This document shows, in pieces, positions 28,401-38,077 of a DNA stretch of 64,000 bases (position 1 is the first letter of the stretch; each line of letters begins with the position of its first letter). The position numbers were made by a program, and so were the translations under genes. This stretch comes from Bacilli bacterium (GTDB lineage Bacteria; Bacillota_I; Bacilli_A; ML615J-28; CAG-313): positions 91,748-155,747 of the forward strand of contig JAZSNL010000030.1 in NCBI GenBank assembly GCA_045536365.1. The letters are read 5' to 3'. The notes beneath the pieces were generated by a model. That model ran no database searches, was not told where the DNA came from, and was given only the letters and a program-made list of their open reading frames with translations.

Positions 28401-31400
28401 TACAACAAGACAAAATGATAAAGATCATGATTATTCTATCGCGATGAGAGGGAATATTAATGATACTGTAGAAGAAATTCCTACAGGTGAAACAACTGAA
28501 GAAAAGATAAATTCTATTTCTGTCGGGTCATATACTTATACTATTAATTGGAATGAAAATCAATGTACAATAAATAGAGAAGGTAGAACTGATAGATATA
28601 TTGCGGTTGGCAATAATGGCAATATTAATACTAATAATAATGTAAATGTAGGTGGAGCAACTACTTTTACATTGGATGAATCTACAGGTTATTTGTATTG
28701 TACAATTGATGGAATAACTCGCTATTTGAGTAGAAATGGAAATTCGTGGTCAACATCTACTTCTAATGCTAATGCAGTTGATTTTATTCAAACAGTTAAT
28801 GTTATTGAAACAAGAGTAACTAACGGAACATATTACTTATCTCAAAATGTCAATTCAGAATTTACGATGGGAACTGCAGTTCCTTCTACTGGCTTCAAAG
28901 TAGTTACAGGAACACCAGTAAATATTTATAATACCTTAAGCTCACCATTATTTAATACAGCAGATGGATATGGTCAAAAAATGTATTTTGACCCTCTAAG
29001 TAGTGATTTTATATCGACAAGAACAGTTGGTGCTTTATCAACAATTCATTGTAATGATATGACTCAATATCATTCAGCTTTAGTTAATGTATGGGTTAAC
29101 GCAAAAGAAAATGGTGACACAACAACATTTACAGGTTCACCTTTAGATTATTATGGCTCAATGGAAAAAGCAAATAATGCAGGATGGTTTATTTTTGACA
29201 CTGTTATAGTTAACAATGGTGTTACTGCAAATGTTAGTTCAACAACTATTTCTAAAGTAGATAGTGACTATGTAGATATTTCTGGTTCTAAATATGAATA
29301 TTCAGAATATGAAAACTCTGAATCTGAAAAAGTTACAATAGTTACAAAAGATAATGATGAAACAGATAAAATTGAAGATAGATATTTTGAATCTAAAGAA
29401 TCAGGTAACTATAAATATAGACTTAGAGTATATGATGATATGTTAAGTCTAAGACTTAATATAACATTTGCTCAAGTTGCTGATTATAATATGGTAATTT
29501 CTGAAGAAGATGATTTAAGTAATCCAATTAATTTAGCTACTGCAAATAGTAATTATGGAACTCTAGAGTTCTTTGTTGAAAATAATGGTTATGTTTTAGT
29601 ATTTGATCCTAAAGAAGATATAGAAACAAATCAAACATTCTATATTGGATTTGAAATAGGAGATACTGGAACTTATGTTTCTAATAGAATTGTTATTGAA
29701 TTAATTCATAATGAAATTCATATTGTTGGTGTAACTTATGCGGATTATACTCCACCGCTAAATTATTATATAACTAATGGTTCATTAGGAACAACAGAGG
29801 AACCTTATCAAGTATATGTAGAATCAATTACTAAGTTTATTCCTATGATTGAGAAAACTAATGATCCTCATAATAGAACATACGCTTTAGAAGAATATAT
29901 TGAAAGATATAACTATACTATAGAAACAGAAACAGGAAATGTTGGTACTATTTACAGTAGTGGTGAACTTGTAGCAAGTGCTAATGCAAATAGTAAAGGT
30001 ACTCTTACATTAACAGATAAGATAAATGGAAAATCTGCAACTGTTCATCTTAAAACTGTAGCACAATATACTGTTACATATAACATAACAGGTGCTGATA
30101 CAGAAGGTTTAACTTATGCAACTAGTTCAACTGATTTCTACTTTGAACAAGTATTAAGATCTAACTATAGTGGCGTTCCTACTACTGCAACAATTACAAT
30201 TAATGGAAATAGTCATAATTTAACTAGTAGTCCAAGTTATAGTAATGGTAATGTAGCAATTAATGTATATGAAATATATCAAGATGGTACAAGATCTGCC
30301 GACCCTATTACTTCATGGGATGCTGATGCACATGGATACGTATTCTATGTTTCAGGTGTTACTGGCAATATAGTTGTTAATTTTACATATCCTATTGTTT
30401 ATACTATTACATTTAATTTACAATGTTCAACATTTAATAGCGAGTATACAGAGGTTGTTAAATATAAAGTTCCTGCAAATACAACTTTTGTTGATTTCTT
30501 TAAAAAAGATCAAACTGGTTCAGTTTATAATGAAGTTATGAATTGGGCAAATGACGCTACAATTTTTGGTTATGTATTTAAAGGATTCTATATGGTTGAC
30601 TTTGCAAGTTCAATGACTACTTATGGTATATCATTTGATGAGTTAGCAGTTTCTACAAATCCTGTTACTGCATCAATTACTTTATATGCTAGATGGTCAT
30701 TCTTGGTTGAATTAATTGAAGCTCCTGGTACAACTATTGTTTCAAGTTTCCCTAGTTCATTTATGGAAGAACACTATGAAGAAGATAAGTTTAATAGAGC
30801 TATTCAAATTCCTATTAACTTAAATGAAGGTTATGTATTTACAATTGAAAAAGATTCAACATTTAAAGGCGAAGCTAGTGTATCTGCATATAGTGTTCAA
30901 AAGAATGGTGATTCACATATTATTACTGAAATTGTTTTAGAAAAATATCATGATAATATGTATTTATATTATGTATTGCCTGAATATATTACAGGTTATT
31001 TAGTTATTGTAACTTCAGTAAGTAATTCAGAAATTATTGTAGGTGAAAATACTTCGTCAGTTGCTGAAGAAATTTTACCAGAAGATGGTGTATCAACATT
31101 TAAATATATTGTTAACCATAAGAATATTCCTGCTTCTGGTGATACACCTGCAGAAACATCATATATCTTTAATAGTGGTAAAGATATTGATAATGATGGT
31201 GATTTTAATGATGATAAATTATATAATTTATCTGTAACTAGAGATTACCGTTTATATTTCTACAAAGAAGTTTATTCAGCAGGAACTATTACTAAAGTTC
31301 CTAGAACTCTTGCAATAGGTACAGAAATTAAGATTTATTATACTGTATATTATAATGACGATAAGAATACAACTAAGAATATTGTAGCTGTATATCGTGT

Positions 31401-32607
31401 TACTAATAATGATACAAGTTATGTTAGTATTAATGATTTTACATTAATGGATTTATATACTCCTGCATTCACTCCTGAAACGTTTGGAACTTTTATGGGT
31501 TCAAATCAAGTTGTTTCTGAGATCTTCTATTCTGTAGTTACTCCTCCTAATGGGCTTTCAGATCAAGTTCATAACGAGGTTGTGAACTATGTTATTGAAG
31601 GTGGCTTCTATGATGCGAATTATACAAATCACGCAAATCATATTGATAATAGTGGTTGTTGTGATAAATTTGTTAGTGGTATTAGAAGTGGTAATGAACT
31701 AGCGAATAAAGATGATTTAGATTTTGATGATGTTCAAAGCTTATTAATTGAATCAAGTGGCGAAAGTAAAGTATTTGCGGTAACTCCTTCAAGAGTAACT
31801 AATGTTACTAAATCAGGTGATACTTATACATTTACTGATAAACTTACATTTGAATTATGTCAAGTTATATTTACTCAAACTGATATTCATGGTGATTATG
31901 TTCCTTTATATGATGATACTAGACAAAGTACAATAGAGTCAACTGAATTAAAATTCGACATTAAAGAGTTAAGATTATCTTTAGGTTATGGACTTGGTAA
32001 GGTTCGTATATATGGCCTTAAAGGTGGAGAATGGATACCAATTGAAGAAATTGAAGTTGAAAGTGCTGTTTATACTGAATATAAAGTAAGTTTCATGTCT
32101 GATACTTATAATGGATTCAAGATTGATAATATTTCTACTAACGAAATAAGAATGAATAAACTTGATATTGTAAGTAGAAGTAATGGTTATGTTTATTCAA
32201 CTACATCAGATCACTTAAAAGAAGTATCTAGTGTTGATAATGTTCATACATATTCATTATTAGAACATGTTGTAGGTGATACTAGACATGATAGTAAATC
32301 ATTTATGTTAGCAGTTCAATTTAAAGATGATAGTGATAATATTGTTGAAAATATTGAAGGTAGTGTTTATATTACTGTCAATGAAACTAATTATTATGCT
32401 TTAATAGATCAAACTGGAACTATTAATTATGGTAAAACTACCGCATTTATTAATTTAACAAGTATTGCTGATATCTTACTTACTGAATCATTTGATTTCA
32501 CATTAACTATTCCTTCAGGTTATACAATTCACACTATTCAATTAATTGAAAGTGACAATAGTAATAAACCTGCAATGGGTGAAGTTAGAATAAAAGATAT
32601 TAAATAA
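25402..32607 (+). CDS. Giant secreted adhesin-like protein (2401 aa) with GLUG-like beta-helix repeats
   Basis: N-terminal signal; at least ten xGG(L/I/V)xG repeats (YIGGLTG, NVGGLIG, YCGGVVG, YVGGILG and others); one InlB-B-like repeat (FKGFY...ITLYARW); no C-terminal TM or LPXTG. Confidence 0.75.
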   Translation: MQEGSNRIKKYLLNAVKVILIVLIATTLAINIFKTDKTLSAGEHTITVNKVSTVSVYLSGPGVILESSNKDKDVYKVDTGTTVTFHAVNESRIFTGWSISNGTTVVNDDTTSVTTQTVTSDLTVSVTRKDATTADYGKYMLDRFVISDQEELIALQNILAGSNANADFAHFYSAQTDYDTPDEKNVLRENLRTGYFLIANNFVVFDSKFVGIGTAGKPFEGVMCGLNNGVVSSLFVTLSTTEVGGTQSYGLFKYLGPNAVIRNLKVVTTIGMKEAAANVTNGIQYIGGLTGYMNDSLLINVNVESKMGISVQNSVLHVGGVAGITTSGTGFESVGNVEYNGDGTSWTIQSKSGSQINAGLIAGSATNTYVNSLNINVTDSVVDLKADGNSTLTLGNVFGNYTCTTTTTLQNINIVGSKGQILRTVAQTGESNVGGLIGKISDDPEATDRAVSIGKVDFNVLGSKSTYISTTAGTSSTANLYTGGLIGQVSSAAICNALDSFKNRLSEVTVDESKVKVFDYLFEGDYEITSVQNGTETSTSNTKSIAGGLVGNGIMNINGTSDTARSSLVFASPTSSLKINATQSKLSSINGTRNDKEHACAGLIYGTVGSASININNFDIYSNNTTIETLREIGSKALGDLHTGGIVGFIEASTIQNVGIYLNDSSIMARSLSYEKTNTNEDTNSAYCGGVVGQATNNSTIDNVIFAGYNISNASMVGTTTTMESIQNTIPGGGNYRGENYIGGLVGRMQYTKVSNCKYIGSEGSSDYIKMSGHESPDSAFCGGIVGIVRTATNGVPSSIQNCEIVNAYIYATATNVKRYNDPDIYVGGILGAAYMHDTNSTLEISGCHVYNTDIYGLGNDHMAVYVGGILGGATWENDSVTISDSYVVNSNITANLVASPDADYRRSDNNNTNEIESAASGIAAAAIYNANISVVNCAVIDSVVNAHTNYVDTATNAEYMSQLSSYAAGFGAYLENSTSFSVTNSYSNAIVSSLAEFNSTTRQNDKDHDYSIAMRGNINDTVEEIPTGETTEEKINSISVGSYTYTINWNENQCTINREGRTDRYIAVGNNGNINTNNNVNVGGATTFTLDESTGYLYCTIDGITRYLSRNGNSWSTSTSNANAVDFIQTVNVIETRVTNGTYYLSQNVNSEFTMGTAVPSTGFKVVTGTPVNIYNTLSSPLFNTADGYGQKMYFDPLSSDFISTRTVGALSTIHCNDMTQYHSALVNVWVNAKENGDTTTFTGSPLDYYGSMEKANNAGWFIFDTVIVNNGVTANVSSTTISKVDSDYVDISGSKYEYSEYENSESEKVTIVTKDNDETDKIEDRYFESKESGNYKYRLRVYDDMLSLRLNITFAQVADYNMVISEEDDLSNPINLATANSNYGTLEFFVENNGYVLVFDPKEDIETNQTFYIGFEIGDTGTYVSNRIVIELIHNEIHIVGVTYADYTPPLNYYITNGSLGTTEEPYQVYVESITKFIPMIEKTNDPHNRTYALEEYIERYNYTIETETGNVGTIYSSGELVASANANSKGTLTLTDKINGKSATVHLKTVAQYTVTYNITGADTEGLTYATSSTDFYFEQVLRSNYSGVPTTATITINGNSHNLTSSPSYSNGNVAINVYEIYQDGTRSADPITSWDADAHGYVFYVSGVTGNIVVNFTYPIVYTITFNLQCSTFNSEYTEVVKYKVPANTTFVDFFKKDQTGSVYNEVMNWANDATIFGYVFKGFYMVDFASSMTTYGISFDELAVSTNPVTASITLYARWSFLVELIEAPGTTIVSSFPSSFMEEHYEEDKFNRAIQIPINLNEGYVFTIEKDSTFKGEASVSAYSVQKNGDSHIITEIVLEKYHDNMYLYYVLPEYITGYLVIVTSVSNSEIIVGENTSSVAEEILPEDGVSTFKYIVNHKNIPASGDTPAETSYIFNSGKDIDNDGDFNDDKLYNLSVTRDYRLYFYKEVYSAGTITKVPRTLAIGTEIKIYYTVYYNDDKNTTKNIVAVYRVTNNDTSYVSINDFTLMDLYTPAFTPETFGTFMGSNQVVSEIFYSVVTPPNGLSDQVHNEVVNYVIEGGFYDANYTNHANHIDNSGCCDKFVSGIRSGNELANKDDLDFDDVQSLLIESSGESKVFAVTPSRVTNVTKSGDTYTFTDKLTFELCQVIFTQTDIHGDYVPLYDDTRQSTIESTELKFDIKELRLSLGYGLGKVRIYGLKGGEWIPIEEIEVESAVYTEYKVSFMSDTYNGFKIDNISTNEIRMNKLDIVSRSNGYVYSTTSDHLKEVSSVDNVHTYSLLEHVVGDTRHDSKSFMLAVQFKDDSDNIVENIEGSVYITVNETNYYALIDQTGTINYGKTTAFINLTSIADILLTESFDFTLTIPSGYTIHTIQLIESDNSNKPAMGEVRIKDIK

Positions 32608-32610
32608 AAT

Positions 32611-32642
32611 AAAACCGGATAGATGTCTATCCGGTTTTTTTT
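32611..32642 (+). terminator. Rho-independent terminator closing the fibre operon
   Basis: AAAACCGGATAGA / TCTATCCGGTTTT followed by Ts. Confidence 0.85.
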
Positions 32643-32700
32643 AAAAGTAATATATATTATAAAAATGAATATACTAATAGTGATTAAAAAATTTTGAACA

Positions 32701-32753
32701 ATGTCAAGTAAAATTAAAAAATACTTGACATAAAGATTGTTTTTGAATATAAT
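32701..32753 (+). promoter_or_regulatory. Sigma70 promoter overlapped by a 10-bp inverted repeat (candidate AbiEi operator)
   Basis: ATGTCAAGTA (32701-32710) / TACTTGACAT (32722-32731); TTGACA-17 nt-TATAAT. Confidence 0.7.
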
Positions 32754-32788
32754 TATATTAGAAAATTATGAGAAAGGAGGACATGAAT

Positions 32789-33505
32789 ATGGAAAGTAAT
32801 AATGTCATTCGCCATGTTTTAACGCACTATAAAGAAAATGAAATTATATTTGCTAGTAAGTTATATAAATCAGAATTGCATAATTTAATTAGTGAAGCTG
32901 CTTTTTATAAATCTCTTGAAAGAATGTGTAAAACAGGAGAACTTATAAAAATTGCAAAAGGTACATATCATTTACCCAAATTAAGTAAATATGGACTCGT
33001 TCCGCCTTCAGAAGAAGAAATTATTTCAGCTTTCATAAAAAATAACACAGGAACAGTTATTGGATATTCGTTATATAATTCATTAAATTTAACAACTCAA
33101 ATTTCAAAGTCAATAGAAGTTATGTCCTCAGTTCCTGATAGTCATACTAAAAACGTTCGAAATATTTCGGTATATCAAGTACAAATAGATTATTCTGAAA
33201 CAGTAAGGTCGATAATTCATGGATTAGAAGTATTACAAAATTATTATAATATTCAAGATATTAATAATTTTGCTTTTTTAGAATTCGCAGAAAAATTGGC
33301 TGATGAATATAATGAAGAAATTTTTGAAAAAGTAATCTCAAAAATTAAATACAAAAAATCTACAATAGCATTCTTACGAGAAATTTTGAATTTTTACGGT
33401 AAAGAAAATAATTTGAATAGATATTTATCAAGTCTTTCAGAATATAAATATCCTAAAATGGAGGAAATATATGAGATTACACGAAGATTTACTATATACC
33501 AATGA
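32789..33505 (+). CDS. Type IV TA antitoxin-like protein (AbiEi/DUF6088-like)
   Basis: N-terminal wHTH (AFYKSLERMCKTGELIKIAKGTYHLPK), GTVIGYSLYNSLNLTTQI; start set at ATG 32789. Confidence 0.75.
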   Translation: MESNNVIRHVLTHYKENEIIFASKLYKSELHNLISEAAFYKSLERMCKTGELIKIAKGTYHLPKLSKYGLVPPSEEEIISAFIKNNTGTVIGYSLYNSLNLTTQISKSIEVMSSVPDSHTKNVRNISVYQVQIDYSETVRSIIHGLEVLQNYYNIQDINNFAFLEFAEKLADEYNEEIFEKVISKIKYKKSTIAFLREILNFYGKENNLNRYLSSLSEYKYPKMEEIYEITRRFTIYQ

Positions 33506-33577
33506 AAACAAAACTTTGATGATGTTTTGAACACTTTCGAGAGAATCAGTGAAATTTTTGCTGAAATTGGTGAATAA
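33471..33577 (+). pseudogene. Internally deleted AbiEii-type toxin gene
   Basis: RBS GGAGG and start overlapping the antitoxin 3' end, MRLHED; after a frameshift it reads FDDVLNTFERISEIFAEIGE*; about 100 nt remain. Confidence 0.6.
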
Positions 33578-33673
33578 AAATATAATAAAATAATAGGGGG
33601 TTAATTATTAAAGGAAAATAAATTTATAAACTATTTTATAGAAATTAAAAAAGAGTTCAAAGAAACTCTTTTT

Positions 33674-34615
33674 TTAATTCTTTCCTAATGTTAAAAATAA
33701 TGATTTTTCTGGAATTGTTTCATAATCTAATTCTTCATCAATTGTGAAAATAACTTTATGGAAATCAGTAGTAAATATTCTAACGTATTCATTAGCTCTT
33801 TCTAAATTATCATATGTATCATAAGTATCTAACCATCTTGCGGTATTAGTAATAATAACATAATCGGCTTTTAAATAGTTACATAGTTTATCTGTATTTG
33901 TTCCTCCACCACCATGGTGACAAGATTTATATAAATTAATTTTATTAATATCATATTTAAAATAAATTCGATCTAACATTTTAATTGATAATTCTTTTAG
34001 GTTTTCTATATCAGTTTTAGAACAAGTAACATCAGCTCCTAAGAAGATTGATTGGTTATTATATTTAATAAATAATCCCGCACAATTAAAGTTTTCATTA
34101 AATTTTTTTTGTTGGTAGAATTCAGATTCTGGATTAGAATACATTTCATATAATCTATTACTAATGTCATACGCATCAATTAGGACATCTTCAAATTGAA
34201 TTGTCATTGAATCAAGTTCTGTATGTTCTAAATCATCAATAAAAATAATATTAACATTATGGTTTTTTGCTGAATCTAAAATATTATAATAGTTTTTAAA
34301 TTCATTTTCAATATATTCTTCATTTGAAGCGTATCCACTAGATGTAGTGCCATCTAATCCGTAATAGTGTTTTAAGTATAGTGTTTTAACTTGATAATTA
34401 TTGATAATGTTTTTTACATTTCCATAATGATCATTATGAAAATGAGTTAAAAAGATAAAATCAATAGTTTTTATATTTAATTTTTCTAAATATTCTTCAA
34501 TCATAGGATAGTAAAAAGAACTACCTGTATCGATAAACGCAAAGTGATTGTTCTTTTCTAAGAGTATTGCGTCTGACCATATGGTGTTTAAAAAGTGTAT
34601 TTTGAATTTATTCAT
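33674..34615 (-). CDS. MBL-fold metallo-hydrolase (ComEC/Pce-like)
   Basis: DAILL...IDTG, THFHNDHYG, LGAD, HHG motifs. Confidence 0.88.
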   Translation of the reverse strand: MNKFKIHFLNTIWSDAILLEKNNHFAFIDTGSSFYYPMIEEYLEKLNIKTIDFIFLTHFHNDHYGNVKNIINNYQVKTLYLKHYYGLDGTTSSGYASNEEYIENEFKNYYNILDSAKNHNVNIIFIDDLEHTELDSMTIQFEDVLIDAYDISNRLYEMYSNPESEFYQQKKFNENFNCAGLFIKYNNQSIFLGADVTCSKTDIENLKELSIKMLDRIYFKYDINKINLYKSCHHGGGGTNTDKLCNYLKADYVIITNTARWLDTYDTYDNLERANEYVRIFTTDFHKVIFTIDEELDYETIPEKSLFLTLGKN

Positions 34616-34706
34616 GTTTTCACCTCAAATATATTATATCAAATTATTTAAATAATTGAAATAATAATAAATAATTTGATATAATTTTATATATGAGGTA
34701 TTTATT

Positions 34707-35294
34707 ATGAAAAGTATTAAAATATTATTTATAAGTATATTAAGTTTAATATTATTACTTACATCAAGTTGTGATTCAAGAAAAATATATAAAGTTACAT
34801 ACCGTGATTATGATGATAGTGTTCTTAAACAAGAAGAAGTATTGGTGAATAAATCATCTACTCCTCCTAGTGATCCTGTAAGAGATGGATATATTTTTAT
34901 TGGATGGAGTGAAGATATTTCTAAAATAGAAAAGGATTTAACTGTATATGCACAGTATGTTAAGAAATTAATTGATTTAGATGAAGCGGTTGAATTATTT
35001 TTAGAATTAGATTATTTTTCTTATTTAATTGATAATAGTTTTCTAGATGAAGCAGGTATTACTGATTATGTTGGGATTTTTGTTGCTGAGGAAAAAGATT
35101 ATAGTGATTTTATAATTGGTATTTGTTTTAAAAATAGTGTTTTTACAAATATTAATAATGACACAGCAATGGAATTTTTAAAACAAGTAGTTAAACTTGA
35201 TAAACCTGAATATGTTGATGATGTTGTTTATGTTAAAGAACAACAATGGATATATGTTGGTACAGAAGAAATGATTAATATTTTTAAGAAATAA
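34707..35294 (+). CDS. Lipoprotein with InlB B-repeat
   Basis: Lipobox LTSS-C; PPSDPVRDGYIFIGWS...LTVYAQY. Confidence 0.8.
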   Translation: MKSIKILFISILSLILLLTSSCDSRKIYKVTYRDYDDSVLKQEEVLVNKSSTPPSDPVRDGYIFIGWSEDISKIEKDLTVYAQYVKKLIDLDEAVELFLELDYFSYLIDNSFLDEAGITDYVGIFVAEEKDYSDFIIGICFKNSVFTNINNDTAMEFLKQVVKLDKPEYVDDVVYVKEQQWIYVGTEEMINIFKK

Positions 35295-35328
35295 TTGGAA
35301 AATTATTTCTTTTTATTAAGAGGTGTAT

Positions 35329-36543
35329 ATGTTAAAAGTTTATAAGAACCATATATTAAGTATATTTAATGAAACTAGTCCATTAATTAAAGAATTACCA
35401 GTTGATATTATTAATAATATGGATAGTGATTTTAATACTAATAATTATTTATTATTTTATGAAAATGATACTGATTCAATGATTTTAGTTAAATCAATTA
35501 AATCTAATAGAATGTATTTATATGGTAGTGTAAAATTAGTACCATATGCGGTAGGGGAAATAATATCATTAGGTCTTAGTTTTGAAGAATATGAAATGAG
35601 CAATGAATTATCAGTTGTTTTTGATAAATATTATAAAAAACATTTAAAAGGATCATTTGATGTTTTATATCAAGATGATAAAAAAGTTATTAAAAAATAT
35701 TTGTCTGATAATATTCAAACTGTTGTTTTAGCTGGGGGATGTTTTTGGTGTATGGCTAAACCATATTATGAGTATGATGGCATTGTTCATGTATATTCAG
35801 GTTATTCTGGAGGAAGTGAAATATTTCCGAAATATGAACAAGTTAAGGGGCAAAATACGACTCATAAAGAGTGTGTAAAGTTAGTATATGATAAGTCGAT
35901 TATTTCATTAAAATCGATTTTAGATATCTATTTTGACGTCATAGACCCTTTTGATGATGAAGGACAATTTATTGATCGTGGTGATAGTTATACTACCGCA
36001 ATGTATTATCATAATGAAAATGATTATTTAATTATGAAAGAATATATTCAAAAACAAGAAGAAAAGTATCATCAAAAAGTTGTTGTTAAGTTATTAAAAG
36101 AACAAATTTTTTATAAAGCTGAAGAATTTCATCAAGATTATTCAATCAAAAATAAAAAAGAAATGGAAGAAGAAATGAGTTCTTCAGGTAGATTAATTGA
36201 TGATGACTATTATTTAAAAATATCAACAATGTCATATAAAACAGATGAAATTGTTAATAATAATATGGCAACAAGTAACTTAGAATATAAGTTACAAGAG
36301 GGGTTAATTTTCAAATTTGATTATCAAAATACTTTAGATGAAGAAGATTTTTGTATTATCAAAAAGGTTAAAAAAATAAAGGATTCGATTATTGTTATTA
36401 TTAATTTACCTAAGAGAAAAGAAGATATTATTCTTACTTCAATTGAAGAATATAAACATCAACATACAAATAAATATGTATCTTTTTATGAGAATAAAGA
36501 AAGTTATTATTGTTACTTTATAAATATAATTAAAAAACAATAA
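35329..36543 (+). CDS. msrA: Peptide-methionine (S)-S-oxide reductase MsrA with extra N- and C-terminal domains
   Basis: LAGGCFWC, SGYSGG, GQFIDRGDSY, AEEFHQDY. Confidence 0.85.
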   Translation: MLKVYKNHILSIFNETSPLIKELPVDIINNMDSDFNTNNYLLFYENDTDSMILVKSIKSNRMYLYGSVKLVPYAVGEIISLGLSFEEYEMSNELSVVFDKYYKKHLKGSFDVLYQDDKKVIKKYLSDNIQTVVLAGGCFWCMAKPYYEYDGIVHVYSGYSGGSEIFPKYEQVKGQNTTHKECVKLVYDKSIISLKSILDIYFDVIDPFDDEGQFIDRGDSYTTAMYYHNENDYLIMKEYIQKQEEKYHQKVVVKLLKEQIFYKAEEFHQDYSIKNKKEMEEEMSSSGRLIDDDYYLKISTMSYKTDEIVNNNMATSNLEYKLQEGLIFKFDYQNTLDEEDFCIIKKVKKIKDSIIVIINLPKRKEDIILTSIEEYKHQHTNKYVSFYENKESYYCYFINIIKKQ

Positions 36544-36643
36544 TAGGAAATATTTATCTAATAAAAAAATAAAATAAAGCAAATCATTATTCTTTATTTA
36601 AAAACATTTGATATAATTATATCGTAAGAAAGAAGGTGTGTTT

Positions 36644-37975
36644 ATGAATATAGATAAACAAAGAGCATTTGAAACATTAAGTAAATTAAGTTTTGAAAGA
36701 ATAGCAGGTACAAAAGAAGAATTAGCAGCTGCAGAAATGTTAGCTGAAGAATGTTTAAAAGTAGGAGTAGATGTTGTAATTGAAGATTTTGAAATCGATA
36801 CTCCTGAAGTTGAATATGCTGAATTTAAAGTAAGCAAACCATTTGAACAAAAAATTCATTGTATCGGTATTGGTAGAAGTGGTAATACTCCTGAAGAAGG
36901 TATTAGTGGACCATTATGTTATATTGAAAACGGCTTAGATGCTAATTTATTAGATGTAAAAGGTAAAATCGTTTTAATCACTGGTGGAGCTCCTAATACG
37001 ATGGAAAAATTACAAGCTGCTGGTGCAATTGGTTATATTTCTACACACGGTTCATTATTTGATCCTGAAGAAATGATTCCTGAATTAAGAACACGTAATG
37101 CGTTTAAAAAACCAGGTGATGAATCTAATTTCCCTGGTGTAGTTATTCACATTACTGATGCACAAAAGTTATTAAGAATGAATCCAGAAGAAGTAACAAT
37201 TGTTTTAAAACAAAATCCTGATAAAAAATCAACAAGTCATAACGTTGTTGCAACAATAGAAGGAACAGAATTCCCAGAAGAAATCATTACTTTCTCTGCT
37301 CACTATGATTCAGTTATTTATTCATCTGGTGCATGGGATAATGGAACAGGTTCTATTACTATTTTAGAATTAATGCATTATTTTAATGAAAATAAACCTA
37401 AAAGAACAGTTAAATTCATATGGTGTGGTAGTGAAGAAATTGGTTTAGTTGGTTCACGTGAATATTGTAAAAAACATCAAGATGAAATGGAAAAAACATT
37501 ATTTAATATGAATGTTGATATGACAGGTACATTACTTGGATTTGATATTGCGGTATGTGCATGTAGTGATAGCGTAGCTAAATACATTGATTTCTTTGGT
37601 AAAATCGAAGGATTCCCTATTTCAACTAAAGTAGATACATATTCATCAGATTCTACTACATTTGCTGCAAACGGTGTTCCAGCATTAACATTCGCAAGAC
37701 TTGCTCCTCGTGGTGGTGCTGAAATCCATTCACGTCGTGATATTATGGATCATTTAGATCCTGATAAATTCATTCAAACAGTTGAATTCTGGGCTAAATT
37801 ATCTGATAAACTTATCAACGCAAAAGTATTCCCAGTTCCTCGTGAATTCCCTAAGGAAATTCAAGATAAACTAAGTGCGATGAAAGCAAGACAAGAAGAA
37901 ATGGAAAAAGCTAAAAAAGCAGCTGAAGAAAAGAAATTAGCTGAAGCGAAAGAAGAAGAAAAGAAAGAAGAATAA
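36644..37975 (+). CDS. M28-family aminopeptidase with PA domain
   Basis: RIAGTKEE, SAHYDSV, GAWDNGTG, GSEEIGLVGS, NVDMTG, SDSTTF. Confidence 0.88.
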   Translation: MNIDKQRAFETLSKLSFERIAGTKEELAAAEMLAEECLKVGVDVVIEDFEIDTPEVEYAEFKVSKPFEQKIHCIGIGRSGNTPEEGISGPLCYIENGLDANLLDVKGKIVLITGGAPNTMEKLQAAGAIGYISTHGSLFDPEEMIPELRTRNAFKKPGDESNFPGVVIHITDAQKLLRMNPEEVTIVLKQNPDKKSTSHNVVATIEGTEFPEEIITFSAHYDSVIYSSGAWDNGTGSITILELMHYFNENKPKRTVKFIWCGSEEIGLVGSREYCKKHQDEMEKTLFNMNVDMTGTLLGFDIAVCACSDSVAKYIDFFGKIEGFPISTKVDTYSSDSTTFAANGVPALTFARLAPRGGAEIHSRRDIMDHLDPDKFIQTVEFWAKLSDKLINAKVFPVPREFPKEIQDKLSAMKARQEEMEKAKKAAEEKKLAEAKEEEKKEE

Positions 37976-38077
37976 AAAGTAAAACGGTAAAATATTTTTA
38001 CCGTTTTTATTCATATTAATAAGGTTTGACATTAAAAAATAAATATGTTAAACTTATGTATATAAAGGAGAATTATT

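Noticed and set aside
21147-32607. Sortase-assembled or type IV pilus
   Set aside because: No LPXTG motifs, sortase, prepilin GFxxxE motif or assembly ATPase.
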